The notes beneath the pieces are model-generated. The model was not told where the DNA came from. It did not search any database and saw nothing but the letters and a program-made list of their open reading frames with translations. From Macrostomum lignano (Eukaryota): DNA of 64,000 bases. Both the position numbers and the translations under genes were made by a program. The DNA lies in contig NIVC01000222.1 in the NCBI GenBank assembly GCA_002269645.1, forward strand, positions 310,001-374,000, written 5' to 3'. This document shows, piece after piece, positions 35,520 to 48,146 of the stretch (within the stretch, counting starts at the first letter, position 1; each line of letters starts with the position of its first letter).

Positions 35520-37500
35520 ATACTCTCTCTCTACCTCTCATCTTCTCTCTCTACCTCTCATCTTCTCTCTCTACCTCTCATCTTCTCTCTCTACCTCTCA
35601 TCTTCTCTCTCTACTTCTCATCTTCTCTCTCTACCTCTCATCTTCTCTCTCTACCTCTCATCTTCTCTCTCTACCTCTCATCTTCTCTCTCTACCTCTCA
35701 TCTTCTCTCTCTACCTCTCATCTTCTCTCTCTACCTCTCATCTTCTCTCTCTACCTCTCATCTTCTCTCTCTACCTCTCATCTTCTCTCTCTACCTCTCA
35801 TCTTCTCTCTCTACCTCTCATCTTCTCTCTCTACCTCTCATCTTCTCTCTCTACCTCTCATCTTCTCTCTCTACCTCTCATCTTCTCTCTCTACCTCTCA
35901 TCTTCTCTCTCTACCTCTCATCTTCTCTCTCTACCTCTCATCTTCTCTCTCTACCTCTCATCTTCTCTCTCTACCTCTCATCTTCTCTCTCTACCTCTCA
36001 TCTTCTCTCTCTACCTCTCATCTTCTCTCTCTACCTCTCATCTTCTCTCTCTACCTCTCATCTTCTCTCTCTACCTCTCATCTTCTCTCTCTACCTCTCA
36101 TCTTCTCTCTCTACCTCTCATCTTCTCTCTCTACCTCTCATCTTCTCTCTCTACCTCTCATCTTCTCTCTCTACCTCTCATCTTCTCTCTCTACCTCTCA
36201 TCTTCTCTCTCTACCTCTCATCTTCTCTCTCTACCTCTCATCTTCTCTCTCTACCTCTCATCTTCTCTCTCTACCTCTCATCTTCTCTCTCTACCTATCA
36301 TCTTCTCTCTCTACCTCTCATCTTCTCTCTCTACCTCTCATCTTCTCTCTCTACCTCTCATCTTCTCTCTCTACCTCTCATCTTCTCTCTCTACCTCTCA
36401 TCTTCTCTCTCTACCTCTCATCTTCTCTCTCTACTTCTCATCTTCTCTCTCTACCTCTCATCTTCTCTCTCTACCTCTCATCTTCTCTCTCTACCTCTCA
36501 TCTTCTCTCTCTACCTCTCATCTTCTCTCTCTACCTCTCATCTTCTCTCTCTACCTCTCATCTTCTCTCTCTACCTCTCATCTTCTCTCTCTACCTCTCA
36601 TCTTCTCTCTCTACCTCTCATCTTCTCTCTCTACCTCTCATCTTCTCTCTCTACCTCTCATCTTCTCTCTCTACCTCTCATCTTCTCTCTCTACCTCTCA
36701 TCTTCTCTCTCTACCTCTCATCTTCTCTCTCTACCTCTCATCTTCTCTCTCTACCTCTCATCTTCTCTCTCTACCTCTCATCTTCTCTCTCTACCTCTCA
36801 TCTTCTCTCTCTACCTCTCATCTTCTCTCTCTACCTCTCATCTTCTCTCTCTACCTCTCATCTTCTCTCTCTACCTCTCATCTTCTCTCTCTACCTCTCA
36901 TCTTCTCTCTCTACCTCTCATCTTCTCTCTCTACCTCTCATCTTCTCTCTCTACCTCTCATCTTCTCTCTCTACCTCTCATCTTCTCTCTCTACCTCTCA
37001 TCTTCTCTCTCTACCTCTCATCTTCTCTCTCTACCTCTCCTCTTCTCTCTCTGCCTCTCCTCTTCTCTCTCTACCTCTCATCTTCTCTCTCTACCTCTCA
37101 TCTTCTCTCTCTACCTCTCCTCTTCTCTCTCTACCTCTCCTCTTCTCTCTCTACCTCTCCTCTTCTCTCTCTACCTCTCATCTTCTCTCTCTACCTCTCA
37201 TCTTCTCTCTCTACCTCTCATCTTCTCTCTCTACCTCTCATCTTCTCTCTCTACCTCTCCTCTTCTCTCTCTACCTCTCATCTTCTCTCTCTACCTCTCC
37301 TCTTCTCTCTCTACCTCTCCTCTTCTCTCTCTACCTCTCCCTTTCTCTTTCTACCTCTCCCTTTCTCTCTCTACCTCTCCTCTTCTCTCTCTACCTATCC
37401 CCTTCTCCCTTTACCTCTCCCCTTCTCTCTCTACCTCTCTTCTTCTCTATCTACCTATCCCCTTCTCTCTCTACCTCTCCCCTACTCTCTCTACCTCTCC
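35520..37500 (+). repeat. 20-bp polypyrimidine satellite (TCTTCTCTCTCTACCTCTCA)n, ~95 copies, nearly invariant
   Basis: Exact period of 20 over ~1.5 kb; the 739/740-aa ORFs are read-throughs. Confidence 0.98.
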
Positions 37501-38364
37501 CCTTCTGTCTCCTCCTTCCCATCTATTATATTTTTAAACATTCAAAGCAATGAAAACTGGGCAGGCGTGAAGACAACTTTCAATCTTTCAATGAGCAAGT
37601 AGGTGAAACTAAGGCAGACGGTTAAAATAGAAACAAGACCGTGAAACCCCCCCCCCCAGTTGGTGGCAGAGAGGCGGGCGGCCGCCCTGCAAAGAGAGGT
37701 TTTTCAAAGAGAGAGAGGAGAGAGCCAACTAGCCAACGGAAGTGTGGGAACGGCATTATTAAAGGTGGGGAACTAGGAGAGGACTCAAAAATCCTAAAAC
37801 CACACCCAACCTCAACCCCCCTAAACCAGCCCCGTTGGCTTGAGCGAGGCCCGATAGAAGGGCCTGAGCCGATAGAAGTGTGAAAGTGAGGCCTGAGCCC
37901 CTTCAAATTGGCGTGCTCAAGAGAAAGCCAGAGAGAGACGAGTGAGAGTACAGGAATGAGAATAAGAATCCCATCTCCTACTCACTTTCTCCCCTTACTC
38001 TTTTTCTCCCATTAGCAATGCATTGAGCATAACTATAATATATATATGTGTGAGAAGTGTTGTGTAGAAGCAGAGAGGGTGTTTAGAATCGATCACATCA
38101 AAGGAGGCCGCCAGTTCGCAGGCTTGCGCAATCGATATCGCCCTGAGCTGAGCCAAGCAAGGCGAGATATTGGCTGGGCAAATAATGCGGGAGAGCTTTT
38201 GTTTAAATGAAGTCGCCCGGGTTGCCGCAATTATTCTCTGCAAAATGCTGCTCCGTGGATTTTTTTAGCTATAGTACGAATTAAGGAGTCGAGAAATCTT
38301 TGTGCCAAAAAACATAAACTCCTAATTGTAGGGTGAAGAGTGCAGTATGGTCAGTCTCACCTGT

Positions 38365-39600
38365 TAATCTCTCTCTACCTCTCCCCTCCTGTCTCTACCT
38401 CTCCCCTCCTGTCTCTACCTCTCCCCTCCTGTCTCTACCTCTCCCCTCCTGTCTCTACCTCTCCCTCCTGTCTCTACCTCTCCCCTCCTGTCTCTACCTC
38501 TCCCCTCCTGTCTCTACCTCTCCCCTCCTGTCTCTACCTCTCCCCTCCTGTCTCTACCTCTCCCCTCCTGCCTCTACCTCTCCCCTCCTGTCTCTACCTC
38601 TCCCCTCCTGTCTCTACCTCTCCCCTCCTGTCTCTACCTCTCCCCTCCTGTCTCTACCTCTCCCCTCCTGTCTCTACCTCTCCCCTCCTGTCTCTACCTC
38701 TCCCCTCCTGTCTCTAACTCTCCCCTCCTGCCTCTACCTCTCCCCTCCTGTCTCTACCTCTCCCCTCCTGTCTCTACCTCTCCCCTCCTGTCTCTACCTC
38801 TCCCCTCCTGTCTCTACCTCTCCCCTCCTGTCTCTACCTCTCCCCTCCTGTCTCTACCTCTCCCCTCCTGTCTCTACCTCTCCCCTCCTGCCTCTACCTC
38901 TCCCCTCCTGTCTCTACCTCTCCCCTCCTGTCTCTACCTCTCCCCTCCTGTCTCTACCTCTCCCCTCCTGTCTCTACCTCTCCCCTCCTGTCTCTACCTC
39001 TCCCCTCCTGTCTCTACCTCTCCCCTCCTGTCTCTACCTCTCCCCTCCTGCCTCTACCTCTCCCCTCCTGTCTCTACCTCTCCCCTCCTGTCTCTACCTC
39101 TCCCCTCCTGTCTCTACCTCTCCCCTCCTGTCTCTACCTCTCCCCTCCTGTCTCTACCTCTCCCCTCCTGTCTCTACCTCTCCCCTCCTGCCTCTACCTC
39201 TCCCCTCCTGTCTCTACCTCTCCCCTCCTGTCTCTACCTCTCCCCTCCTGTCTCTACCTCTCCCCTCCTGTCTCTACCTCTCCCCTCCTGTCTCTACCTC
39301 TCCCCTCCTGTCTCTACCTCTCCCCTCCTGTCTCTACCTCTCCCCTCCTGTCTCTACCTCTCCCCTCCTGTCTCTACCTCTCCCCTCCTGTCTCTACCTC
39401 TCCCCTCCTGTCTCTACCTCTTCCCTCCTGTCTCTACCTCTCCCCTCCTGTCTCTACCTCTCCCCTCCTGTCTCTAACTCTCCCCTCCTTTCTCTACCTC
39501 TCCTTTCATCTCTCCACCTCTCACCTCCTCTCTCTACCTCTCTGCTTCTCTCTCTCTTTCTCTCCCGCTCTCTTTCTCTCCTTCTTTCTCTATCTCTCCC
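38365..39600 (+). repeat. 20-bp polypyrimidine satellite (TCCCCTCCTGTCTCTACCTC)n
   Basis: Exact period of 20; shares CTCTACCTCTC with the 35.5-37.5 kb array. Confidence 0.97.
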
Positions 39601-40244
39601 TTAATCGTCTTACCTCTCTCCTTCTTTCCACTATCTACCTCTCTCCTTTCCACTATCTACCTCTCCAGTTCTCATAGACTTTTTAAGCTAGAGTTAGGAA
39701 TTAATGGATCGTCAAACACCAAAGAACACCTGATTGTAGGCTAAAGCTAGGTTATAGTCATAGCTAGTGACAGGCACTACTAATAGTAAGCACAAACGAA
39801 AACTGCCGAACTGAAGCGCGAATTTTTTTTCGAACGCCTTTAAAGTTCTTCATAGAAAAATAATTTCAAAAACTGAGTTTAGAAATAAGCTAAAAGAAAA
39901 ATGCATAGTTAGAGACTTTAAATTAATGATGTAGTCAACGCCTCGTATAATGCTTTATGAAAAAAGCCTGATTTGACAGTTACGAGTATTTCAGAATTAT
40001 TTTACATGAATATGCTGTTTATTAATCTGTTTTTTTTAATTAAAATGCTATAGCCTGTTAATTTTGCTACTTTTATTTTTGATAGTAGTATATGACGGCT
40101 TAAATCACTATTTTAGAAGCTCACAGTACAACTTGCGAGTAAAAATACCATACAGCGTTTGTACTCTTCAACTTTCCGCCATTTCTAGAAATAGTACTAA
40201 GATTAGAAATAGTAGGTACATTTCAATTATTTTTAGAGTTTGGG

Positions 40245-40930
40245 ATTTGGGCAACATTTGGATTCTGAAAGTTTGGGATTCGGGAAGTTTAGGATTTGGG
40301 AAGTTTGGGATTTGGGAAGTTTGGGATTTGGGAAGTTTGGGATTTGGGAAGTTTGGGATTTGGGAATTTTGGGATTCGGGAAGTTTGGGATTTGGGAAGT
40401 TTGGGATTTGGGAAGTTTGGGATTTGGGAAGTTTGGGATTCGAAAAGTTTGGGATTTGGGAAGTTTGGGATTTGGGAATTTTATGGATTTGGGACTTTGT
40501 GGATTTGGGAAGTTTGGGATTTGGGAAGTTTGGGATTCGGGAAGTTTATGGATTTGGGACTTTGTGGATTTGGGAAGTTTGGGATTCGGGAAGTTTATGG
40601 ATTTGGGACTTTGTGGATTTGGGAAGTTTGGGATTCGGGAAGTTTATGGATTTGGGACTTTGTGGATTTGGGAAGTTTGGGATTTGGGAAGTTTGGGATT
40701 CGGGAAGTTTATGGATTTGGGACTTTGTGGATTTGGGAAGTTTGGGATTCGGGAAGTTTATGGATTTGGGACTTTGTGGATTTGGGAAGTTTGGGATTTG
40801 GGAAGTTTGGGATTCGGGAAGTTTATGGATTTGGGACTTTGTGGATTTGGGAAGTTTGGGATTTGGGAAGTTTGGGATTCGGGAAGTTTGGGATTTGGGA
40901 AGTTTGGCATTTGGGAAGTTTGGCATTTGG
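40245..40930 (+). repeat. G-tract minisatellite (TTTGGGAAGTTTGGGAT)n with a larger higher-order unit
   Basis: Repeated GGG tracts separated by 4-7 nt. Confidence 0.93.
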
Positions 40931-41509
40931 GAATCTATTGGAACGGAAAAGCCATAAAACTGACTGCATCTCTCAACTCAAAGCAGAAACTCAATCGGTA
41001 ATACAAACAAAAACTAGCTAATGATTTACCATACTATTGAATCCTCCACCCACAGCAACAGCGCGAAAGCAAACAGATGGCAGTGCTCAGCGCAGGCCCT
41101 GGCAGGCAAAAGCGCCTCCTCCCTTCCCCACAGCGCCCACGCGCCTTGGCTCATTTATCGGCTTCATCAATGCTCCTCCAGCAGCTCTCAAAAGAGTCTA
41201 CGGTAGGGGGTAGGGGCTGCACACCCAATTGAAGCCAACCGCTCAGGCAGGTTGGAGAGCTGGAGTGGCCCGCCTACCGCTAAGGCTGGTGAGACTATAC
41301 TCCATGCAGTCAGCTATAGTAGGAGGAGAAGGCAGATTAGGAAAAAAAGCCGACTATTTTTCTATTCCTTTTTTGAGACAATGAGCTGACTAAAATAGAC
41401 GAAAATATTACAATAAAATAGAGGAATTAACGGAAATAGCCGGCTACTTAAGGATAAAAACTGCATGGGAGAAGCTATTTGACTGGCGTTCGAGAGAATA
41501 TGCGGCTAA

Positions 41510-42320
41510 GAATAGAGAGAAGACAGGAAAGAGAAGAGAGGAGAGAAGAGATAGGAGACAGGAGAGAGGGGAGAGAAGATAGGAGAGAAAAATGAAAGGA
41601 AGGAGGAGAGGAGAGAGGAGAGGAGAGAGGAAAGAGGAGAGTGGAAGAGAGAGTAGAGAGAATTGAGAAGATAAGATAGAAAAGGAGATGAGAAAAGAGG
41701 AGAGGAGAAGAGGAAAGAAGGGAGGAGAGGAGAAGAGGAGAGAAGATAGGAGAGGAGAGAGGAGAGGAGAGGAAATATGAGAGAGGAGAGAGGAGAGAGG
41801 AGACAGGAGACAGGAGAGAGGAGAGAGGAGAGAGGAGAGGAGAGAGAAGATAAGAGAGGAGAGGAGAAGAGGAGAGAAGAAAGGAGAGGCAGAGGAAAGA
41901 GGAGAGAGGAGAGAGGGGAGAGGGGAGAGGAGAGAGGAGAGAGGGGAGAGGAGAGAGGAGAGAGGGGAGAGGAGAGAGGAGAGAGGAGAGAGGAGAGAGG
42001 GGAGAGGAGAGAGGAGAGAGGGGAGAGGAGAGAGAAGAGAGGGGAGAGGAGAGAGGAGAGAGGGGAGAGGGGAGAGGAAATAGGAGAGGAGAGAGGAGAG
42101 AGAGGAGAGGAGAGGAGAGAGGAGAGAGAGGAGAGGAGAGGAGAGAGGAGAGAGAGGAGAGGAGAGGAGAGGAGAGAGCAGAGAGGAGAGAGGAGAGAGA
42201 GGAGAGGAGAGGAAATAGGAGAGGAGAGAGGAGAGAGAGGAGAGGAGAGAGGAGAGAGGAGAGAGGAGAGAGGAAAGAGGAGAGAGGAGAGAGGAGAGAG
42301 GACAGAGAGAATGAGAGGAG
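41510..42320 (+). repeat. Polypurine low-complexity tract (GAGAG/GAGAGGAG)n
   Basis: Almost exclusively G and A on the + strand. Confidence 0.95.
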
Positions 42321-42906
42321 ATAGGAGTGGAGGGGGTGAAGCAATCCAGGCAGGAACAGAGCTATCTGCATAACCTATTAGACAAAGGCAAGGTGTGACA
42401 GGCACACGGCAAGGCTACAAGCAGGTGTGAGAAGAAGGGCCATAGCAAGAAGAAAATTGCGCATAGCCAGACTGGAGAGCGAGAGGAAACAGCCGCCGGC
42501 ACACGGCTTGCACACAAACCGTACCTGTCAGTCATCCAATCTAAATAATTCTATTTGTCAAAATTTCCAGCTCATTATTTTCCAATTTCAATGAAGCGCA
42601 CAAACAGCTAGAAATGAACTTGAAGAAGTTCAGGATTTTCAACTCATCGGCAGCAATTCTCAGGCGCCATGCACGCCAGCACCTCGTGTTCAATTCTCAC
42701 CGGGTGGTCTCTCTCCCCCCTCCAAAGAGTGCTCATGCAAGAGCCAAACAGAATTAAGTGCTAAAACTAGCTGTCCAACCACTTACAGTGTCTATAAATT
42801 TTGTGCAGAATTGCCAGACAGCCAGACAGGGCTATAGATAGCTAACGGTTCTTGTTTACGAAGAGTCTTCTTGTGCAAAAGAAGAAAACAACAGAAAACA
42901 ACAGCA

Positions 42907-44433
42907 ATGGCAACAGCTGCTGTGGATCTTGAACTGTCACGGCTGTCCAAGTCGCAGTTTAGTAGGAAAGATTTTGTCACTCCGGCGACAGGGAAACGAC
43001 GCCTGCAGACTGAGACTGCTGGGTGAGCTGATGGGAACAGATCGGCTGAATAGAGATTGAAATATCCGCCTATGCTAAAAATGAGTTGTTTCTTTTTGCG
43101 ACTAAAATTAAGACGTGAATTAACATTGATTTGACTTTAAGAATGACGATTGTGTGACAATTGAGAGTGACAATTGAGTGACAATGAGAGTGACAATTGA
43201 GAGTGACAAATGAGAGTGAAAATGTGATTGACAAATGAGAATGACAATTGAGAGAGACAAACGGGATTGACAATAAAGAGTGACAAATGAGATTGACAAT
43301 TGAGAGTGACAAATGAGAGTGAAAAATGTGATTGACAAATGAGAATGACAATTGAGAGAGACAAACGGGATTGACAATAAAGAGTGACAAATGAGATTGA
43401 CAATTGAGAGTGACAAATGAGAGTGAAAAATGTGATTGACAAATGAGAATGACAATTGAGAGAGACAAACGGGATTGACAATAAAGAGTGACAAATGAGA
43501 TTGACAATTGAGAGTGACAAATGAGAGTGAAAAATGTGATTGACAAATGAGAATGACAATTGAGAGAGACAAACGGGATTGACAATAAAGAGTGACAAAT
43601 GAGATTGACAATTGAGAGTGACAAATGAGATTGACAATTGAGAGTGACAAATGAGATTGACAATTGAAAGTGACAAATGAGTGACAATTAAGAGTGACAA
43701 TGAGAGTGCCGATTAAGAGTGACAAACCGAGTGACAACTGAGAGAGACAATGAGAATGATAAACGGGAGTGACAATAAAGAGTGACAAATGGGAATGACA
43801 AATGAGAGTGACAATGACAGTGACAATTGAGGGTGACAGTTAAGAGTGACAAATGAGTGACATTGAGATTGACATTCCGATAAAAATTCAGGCTAAAACT
43901 AAAACAGCAATTTGGAATAATTTTTTTCTTTAAAAAAACTTTCCAGACATCCAAGAGCAGTCAACTATCAGCATTCAATAAGTGCACCGAAACAGCACCA
44001 GCAGCAGCAACAGCAACAGCAGCCGATTCGAACCTACAGTCTGCAACGCTGGCTTCTGGGCCACCAGCATCCTGCACCCATCGGAAGCTCCATCCAGACA
44101 GCGCGAAAAACGACAACCTCAAAGACAACAGCAGCAAGCAGTTCGACAATCACCAGGACCCGATCCCTGGCCACCATCCCGACAGTCGTTCAGCCTGCAA
44201 GATTGCATCAGCGTAATCTAGCTACTGGATCTAACAAGGAGCCGCTGCCCTGCTTGGAACAGTTCCTGGCCCGCAGCCTCACTCAGGTGATGCAGAACCG
44301 TCCATCGTCTGGTTGGTCTGCGGAGCGGCACGCCTACGCTGTGGAGAAGGTCACCTGCTGGCTGCCGGAGGTGGGCAAAGCTCGATGCCTGGACGATTTG
44401 TTGGCCAGTCAGCAGCTGGGGAGCGACTGCTGA
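42907..44433 (+). CDS. Uncharacterised ~200-aa protein; exons 42907-43022 and 43947-44433 (further 5' exons possible)
   Basis: ATG frame MATAAVDLELSRLSKSQFSRKDF...ETAG; donor GG|GTGAGC and acceptor TTCCAG|A are both phase 2 and join into a stop-free 161-codon frame ending EPLPCLEQFLARSL...CWLPEVGKARCLDDLLASQQLGSDC*. Confidence 0.55.
43150..43870 (+). repeat. ~13-bp monomer repeat (TGACAAWTGAGAG) organised as a 104-bp higher-order repeat, intronic
   Basis: Marker CGGGA at 43262, 43366, 43470, 43574 (period 104). Confidence 0.9.
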
Positions 44434-44519
44434 GACCGATGGACTCCTGCAGTGACGTGCTGAGCTCATTTTTAGTAATTGATCAATTAGAGACGTTGTG
44501 TGCTATAGTTGCTTCAAGT

Positions 44520-45190
44520 AACCCCTCTGATTCTTCAGTGGTCACCGCTACCCCTCCCTGATCCTTCAGTGGTCACCGCTACCCCTCCCTGATCCTTCAG
44601 TGGTCACCGCTACCCCTCCCTGATCCTTCAGTGGGTGCAGCTATTCCCTCCCTGATTTCTTCAGTGGTCACCGCTACCCCTCCCTGATCCTTCAGTGGGT
44701 GCAGCTATTCCCTCCCTGATTTCTTCAGTGGTCACCGCTATCCCCTCCCTGATCCTTCAATGGGTCACCGCTATCCCCTCCCTGATTCTTCAGTGGTCAC
44801 CGCTACCCCTCCCTGATTCTTCAGTGGTGACCGCTATCCCCTCCCTGATTCTTCAGTGGGTCACCGCTATTCCCTCCCTGATTCTTCAATGGGTCACCGC
44901 TATCCCCTCCCTGATTCTTCAGTGGTGACCGCTATCCCCTCCCTGATTCTTCAATGGTCACCGCTATCCCCTCCCTGATTCTTCAGTGGTCACCGCTATC
45001 CCCTCCCTGATTCTTCAATGGGTCACCGCTATCCCCTCCCTGTTTCTTCAGTGGTGACCGCTATCCCCTCCCTGATTCTTCAATGGTCACCGCTATCCCC
45101 TCCCTGATTCTTCAGTGGTCACCGCTATCCCCTCCCTGATTCTTCAGTGGTCACCGCTACCCCTCCCTGATTCTTCAGTGGGTCACCGAT
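44520..45190 (+). repeat. 32-33-bp minisatellite (CAGTGGTCACCGCTATCCCCTCCCTGATTCTT)n
   Basis: About 20 tandem units. Confidence 0.93.
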
Positions 45191-45619
45191 ACCCACTCAG
45201 CGGTTGCCCCCCCCCGTTTACAAGAGTGAGTTTTCAATTTAAACTTTTTGTTTAACGATGAGTTTCTCAGAAATTTCTCAGAGAAATGAATTTATTTTTT
45301 CTTCAGATTTCCTATAAAAACGTTTTTGTCACGCTTTTACAAGTAATAACGCAATTTTGTTTTACTGTACTGAAAGTAAGCTTGTAGACAAATTAATTTT
45401 CTAATTCACTTAATTCACCTGTACACATACTATTGAGTAATAAACTATGATTTGCAAATTTTATCAAATTTATTGATAAAAATAGTTCAAGTTTTGATAT
45501 ACGAGTAATAGTATGTGCTAACTCATCTACTACATTTTAACAAGCTAACGGAAACGATATGCATAACTGAATGTTTTTTGTAGAAAACGCGAGAAAATTC
45601 AACCTGTGGAGTGAAATTC

Positions 45620-46153
<534 letters not shown>

Positions 46154-46426
46154 ATTTAGTATAGGAGGATACATAAATTTCTTTATTGAAGTTTTTATCC
46201 GATGAAAAATGAAACATATTGTAGAAATAATTAAATATTACCAGTTTTTTAGAGGCTTAATTTTTGTTTTAAGATCAGCAGTCATAGTAAAACTCAGATT
46301 CTGCCAATTTTCAGCACGTTAGAGCAGAATTGTTTATGTATAAAGCGCCACGATGCGTTGTTCATGCAATACTCGTAAAGCTACGAGCTATCTGAGACTT
46401 AGCTTAGAAAACTACGCAGTAAATAG

Positions 46427-47932
46427 TCACAGAATAGTGTACAAGTGCAGACTTCTATCATTCCGATCTGCCACACAAAGCAGCAGCCCTTCTTCTGTGT
46501 CACTGGGCAGCACAGACATACTGTGCGGACCTGCCAGGCCAGGGCCGGATTCTCCCTCACCGTCGAGGGTCTGCAGAATCGCCCCGTCACTGGCCAGAAC
46601 TCTGACAGCGGCCTCCTTGTAATCGCAGACGAGAGTGAGGCCACAGTTCTGCGCAACAGCCACGTCTGAAGGGTAGTTGAAGGCTCGCACACCGGACCTG
46701 GCGGTCGGATAAGACGACCTGAGGTATCCACTGATAGTGCTAATCTTGTGCACCTGGCCTTTGCCAAAATCTGTTAGCAATATTGTGGTATCTTGTACGG
46801 CTAGGCTTTCCAGGACCCTGCAACGTGTTTCATAGAATGACTCAAGGCCGATGACAGTCTGCAGCTCGCCAAGCCTGCTGTCCAATCCGTAGATTCTTCT
46901 GTTTTGCTGATCCAGGAAGTAAACTTTGTCTCCGGTTCCGCATGGGCCACACAAGTAGCCTAAAGGATGCCCCAAACTGTCTTGGTCGATCACTCGTACA
47001 ACACAACCGCTCAGGTCTGTCACAGAGATCATACGCTGCTGCGCAACGTACAGCAGTTGCTGGTTGCAGTGGCAGTAAAGTCCGCTAACAAACATTGACC
47101 AATCGATTTTGCTGAAACACTTCAACCTAGTTTTACCATCAGGTGAGAACACAAACAAGTGATCTGCTTTTGGAAATTCAGCCGACACAAATATGCACAG
47201 TCTAGGCAGCGGCGCGGTGCTTGAGCTGCGGGAATCAGCCTTCACCACGCGACCAGATGAGTCGGAGGCGAAGCCAGCGGTGTTGGTGCATGACGTCACC
47301 CATACCGGATTGCCTTCGAGGTTGTCAATTTTGCGTACAAAAGTGCAAAGAGATTTTGGTTTGACGCAAGAGGACTCGCACAGCTTCATCACGTCCCCGA
47401 ACTGCCTGTCGATGCTCAGCTGCAAGTCTCTCAGAGCTCCGCAAACGTCGCCCAGCTCTAATCGTCCTTCAGCCACCGCGTCCTCGAGATCACTGCACTG
47501 CAGCTCCATGCGAGAGGACAGCTCAAATACGCCTCGAAGGTCGCTGGCGCTCTCCGCCGCTGCTATCGAGCTGTCGAACTCCTGCAGCACTGCAAAGTCG
47601 CTCAGCTTCTGCCTTGCTGCGTCAGTTCTGGCAGTGAGTCGACTCGTCACAGCTTCCTTGTGCTTCATCAGCGACTCAATAGCGGCATTGAGCAGATCCT
47701 CAGCCACCTGCAGCTCCGCCTCCAACACCTGCACGTCCGTTCGCAGACAGTCGCGGACGAGCCTCAGAGGCTCCAGCCTGGCCTGAACTCTGGCGTGAAG
47801 TTCACGCACTCTGTCGGAGTCTCGATCCAGGTGTCTCTGGCACAGAGGCTGCGATGTCTGAGCTCTGGTGCCAGCAGCCGCTGCTTTGCAGGTGCCCATG
47901 GAGCAGATGCGGGATTGGACGGCCTCGGTCAT
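46427..47932 (-). CDS. B-box-like / coiled-coil / NHL beta-propeller protein (RING-less TRIM-NHL-like), 501 aa, single exon
   Basis: N-terminal CSMGTC...LCQRH, long heptad helix, C-terminal NHL-type blades FNYPSDVAV...TLVCDY...VRVL and LAGPHSMSV...VADRND. Confidence 0.8.
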   Translation of the reverse strand: MTEAVQSRICSMGTCKAAAAGTRAQTSQPLCQRHLDRDSDRVRELHARVQARLEPLRLVRDCLRTDVQVLEAELQVAEDLLNAAIESLMKHKEAVTSRLTARTDAARQKLSDFAVLQEFDSSIAAAESASDLRGVFELSSRMELQCSDLEDAVAEGRLELGDVCGALRDLQLSIDRQFGDVMKLCESSCVKPKSLCTFVRKIDNLEGNPVWVTSCTNTAGFASDSSGRVVKADSRSSSTAPLPRLCIFVSAEFPKADHLFVFSPDGKTRLKCFSKIDWSMFVSGLYCHCNQQLLYVAQQRMISVTDLSGCVVRVIDQDSLGHPLGYLCGPCGTGDKVYFLDQQNRRIYGLDSRLGELQTVIGLESFYETRCRVLESLAVQDTTILLTDFGKGQVHKISTISGYLRSSYPTARSGVRAFNYPSDVAVAQNCGLTLVCDYKEAAVRVLASDGAILQTLDGEGESGPGLAGPHSMSVLPSDTEEGLLLCVADRNDRSLHLYTIL

Positions 47933-48146
47933 GACTGGCAGAGGCTTGAAAAGATGAGAAAGATGCCGTGATTGATCAATGGGCTCACTAAAAGCTCAAT
48001 AATATACAGCTATAGGGAAAAGACCAAGTTGTAGACGATAAAAACAAGAACATAAACATTTATAGAGTACAGAAGCACTTTTTATTTAAGATGCAATGTA
48101 AAATGCAAGTGTCTTATTAGAATAATGCATTTATCCAGCCAAAACA

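Noticed and set aside
35318-37602. 739/740-aa ORFs, and similar long ORFs at 3661-4662, 12514-13347, 19240-20906, 27193-28769, 32821-33798, 38333-39604, 40064-41021, 45537-46217 and 50614-51702
   Set aside because: They are stop-free read-throughs of tandem repeats, often open in several frames at once, with no non-repetitive domain
40245-40930. Interstitial telomere
   Set aside because: No TTAGGG units; the unit is a 17-bp GGGAAGTTTGGGATTT-type repeat
41041-44117. Two short nucleotide matches (ATCCTCCACCCA and ACAGCGCGAAA) between 41041-41070 and 44069-44108 suggesting exon duplication
   Set aside because: Only two 11-12-bp patches with different spacing, and they lie out of frame with the supported gene model
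46427-47932. Beta-propeller gene as a RAG2-like partner of the transposase
   Set aside because: It is 39 kb outside the TIRs, has NHL rather than kelch blades, has a B-box/coiled-coil N-terminus and lacks a PHD finger
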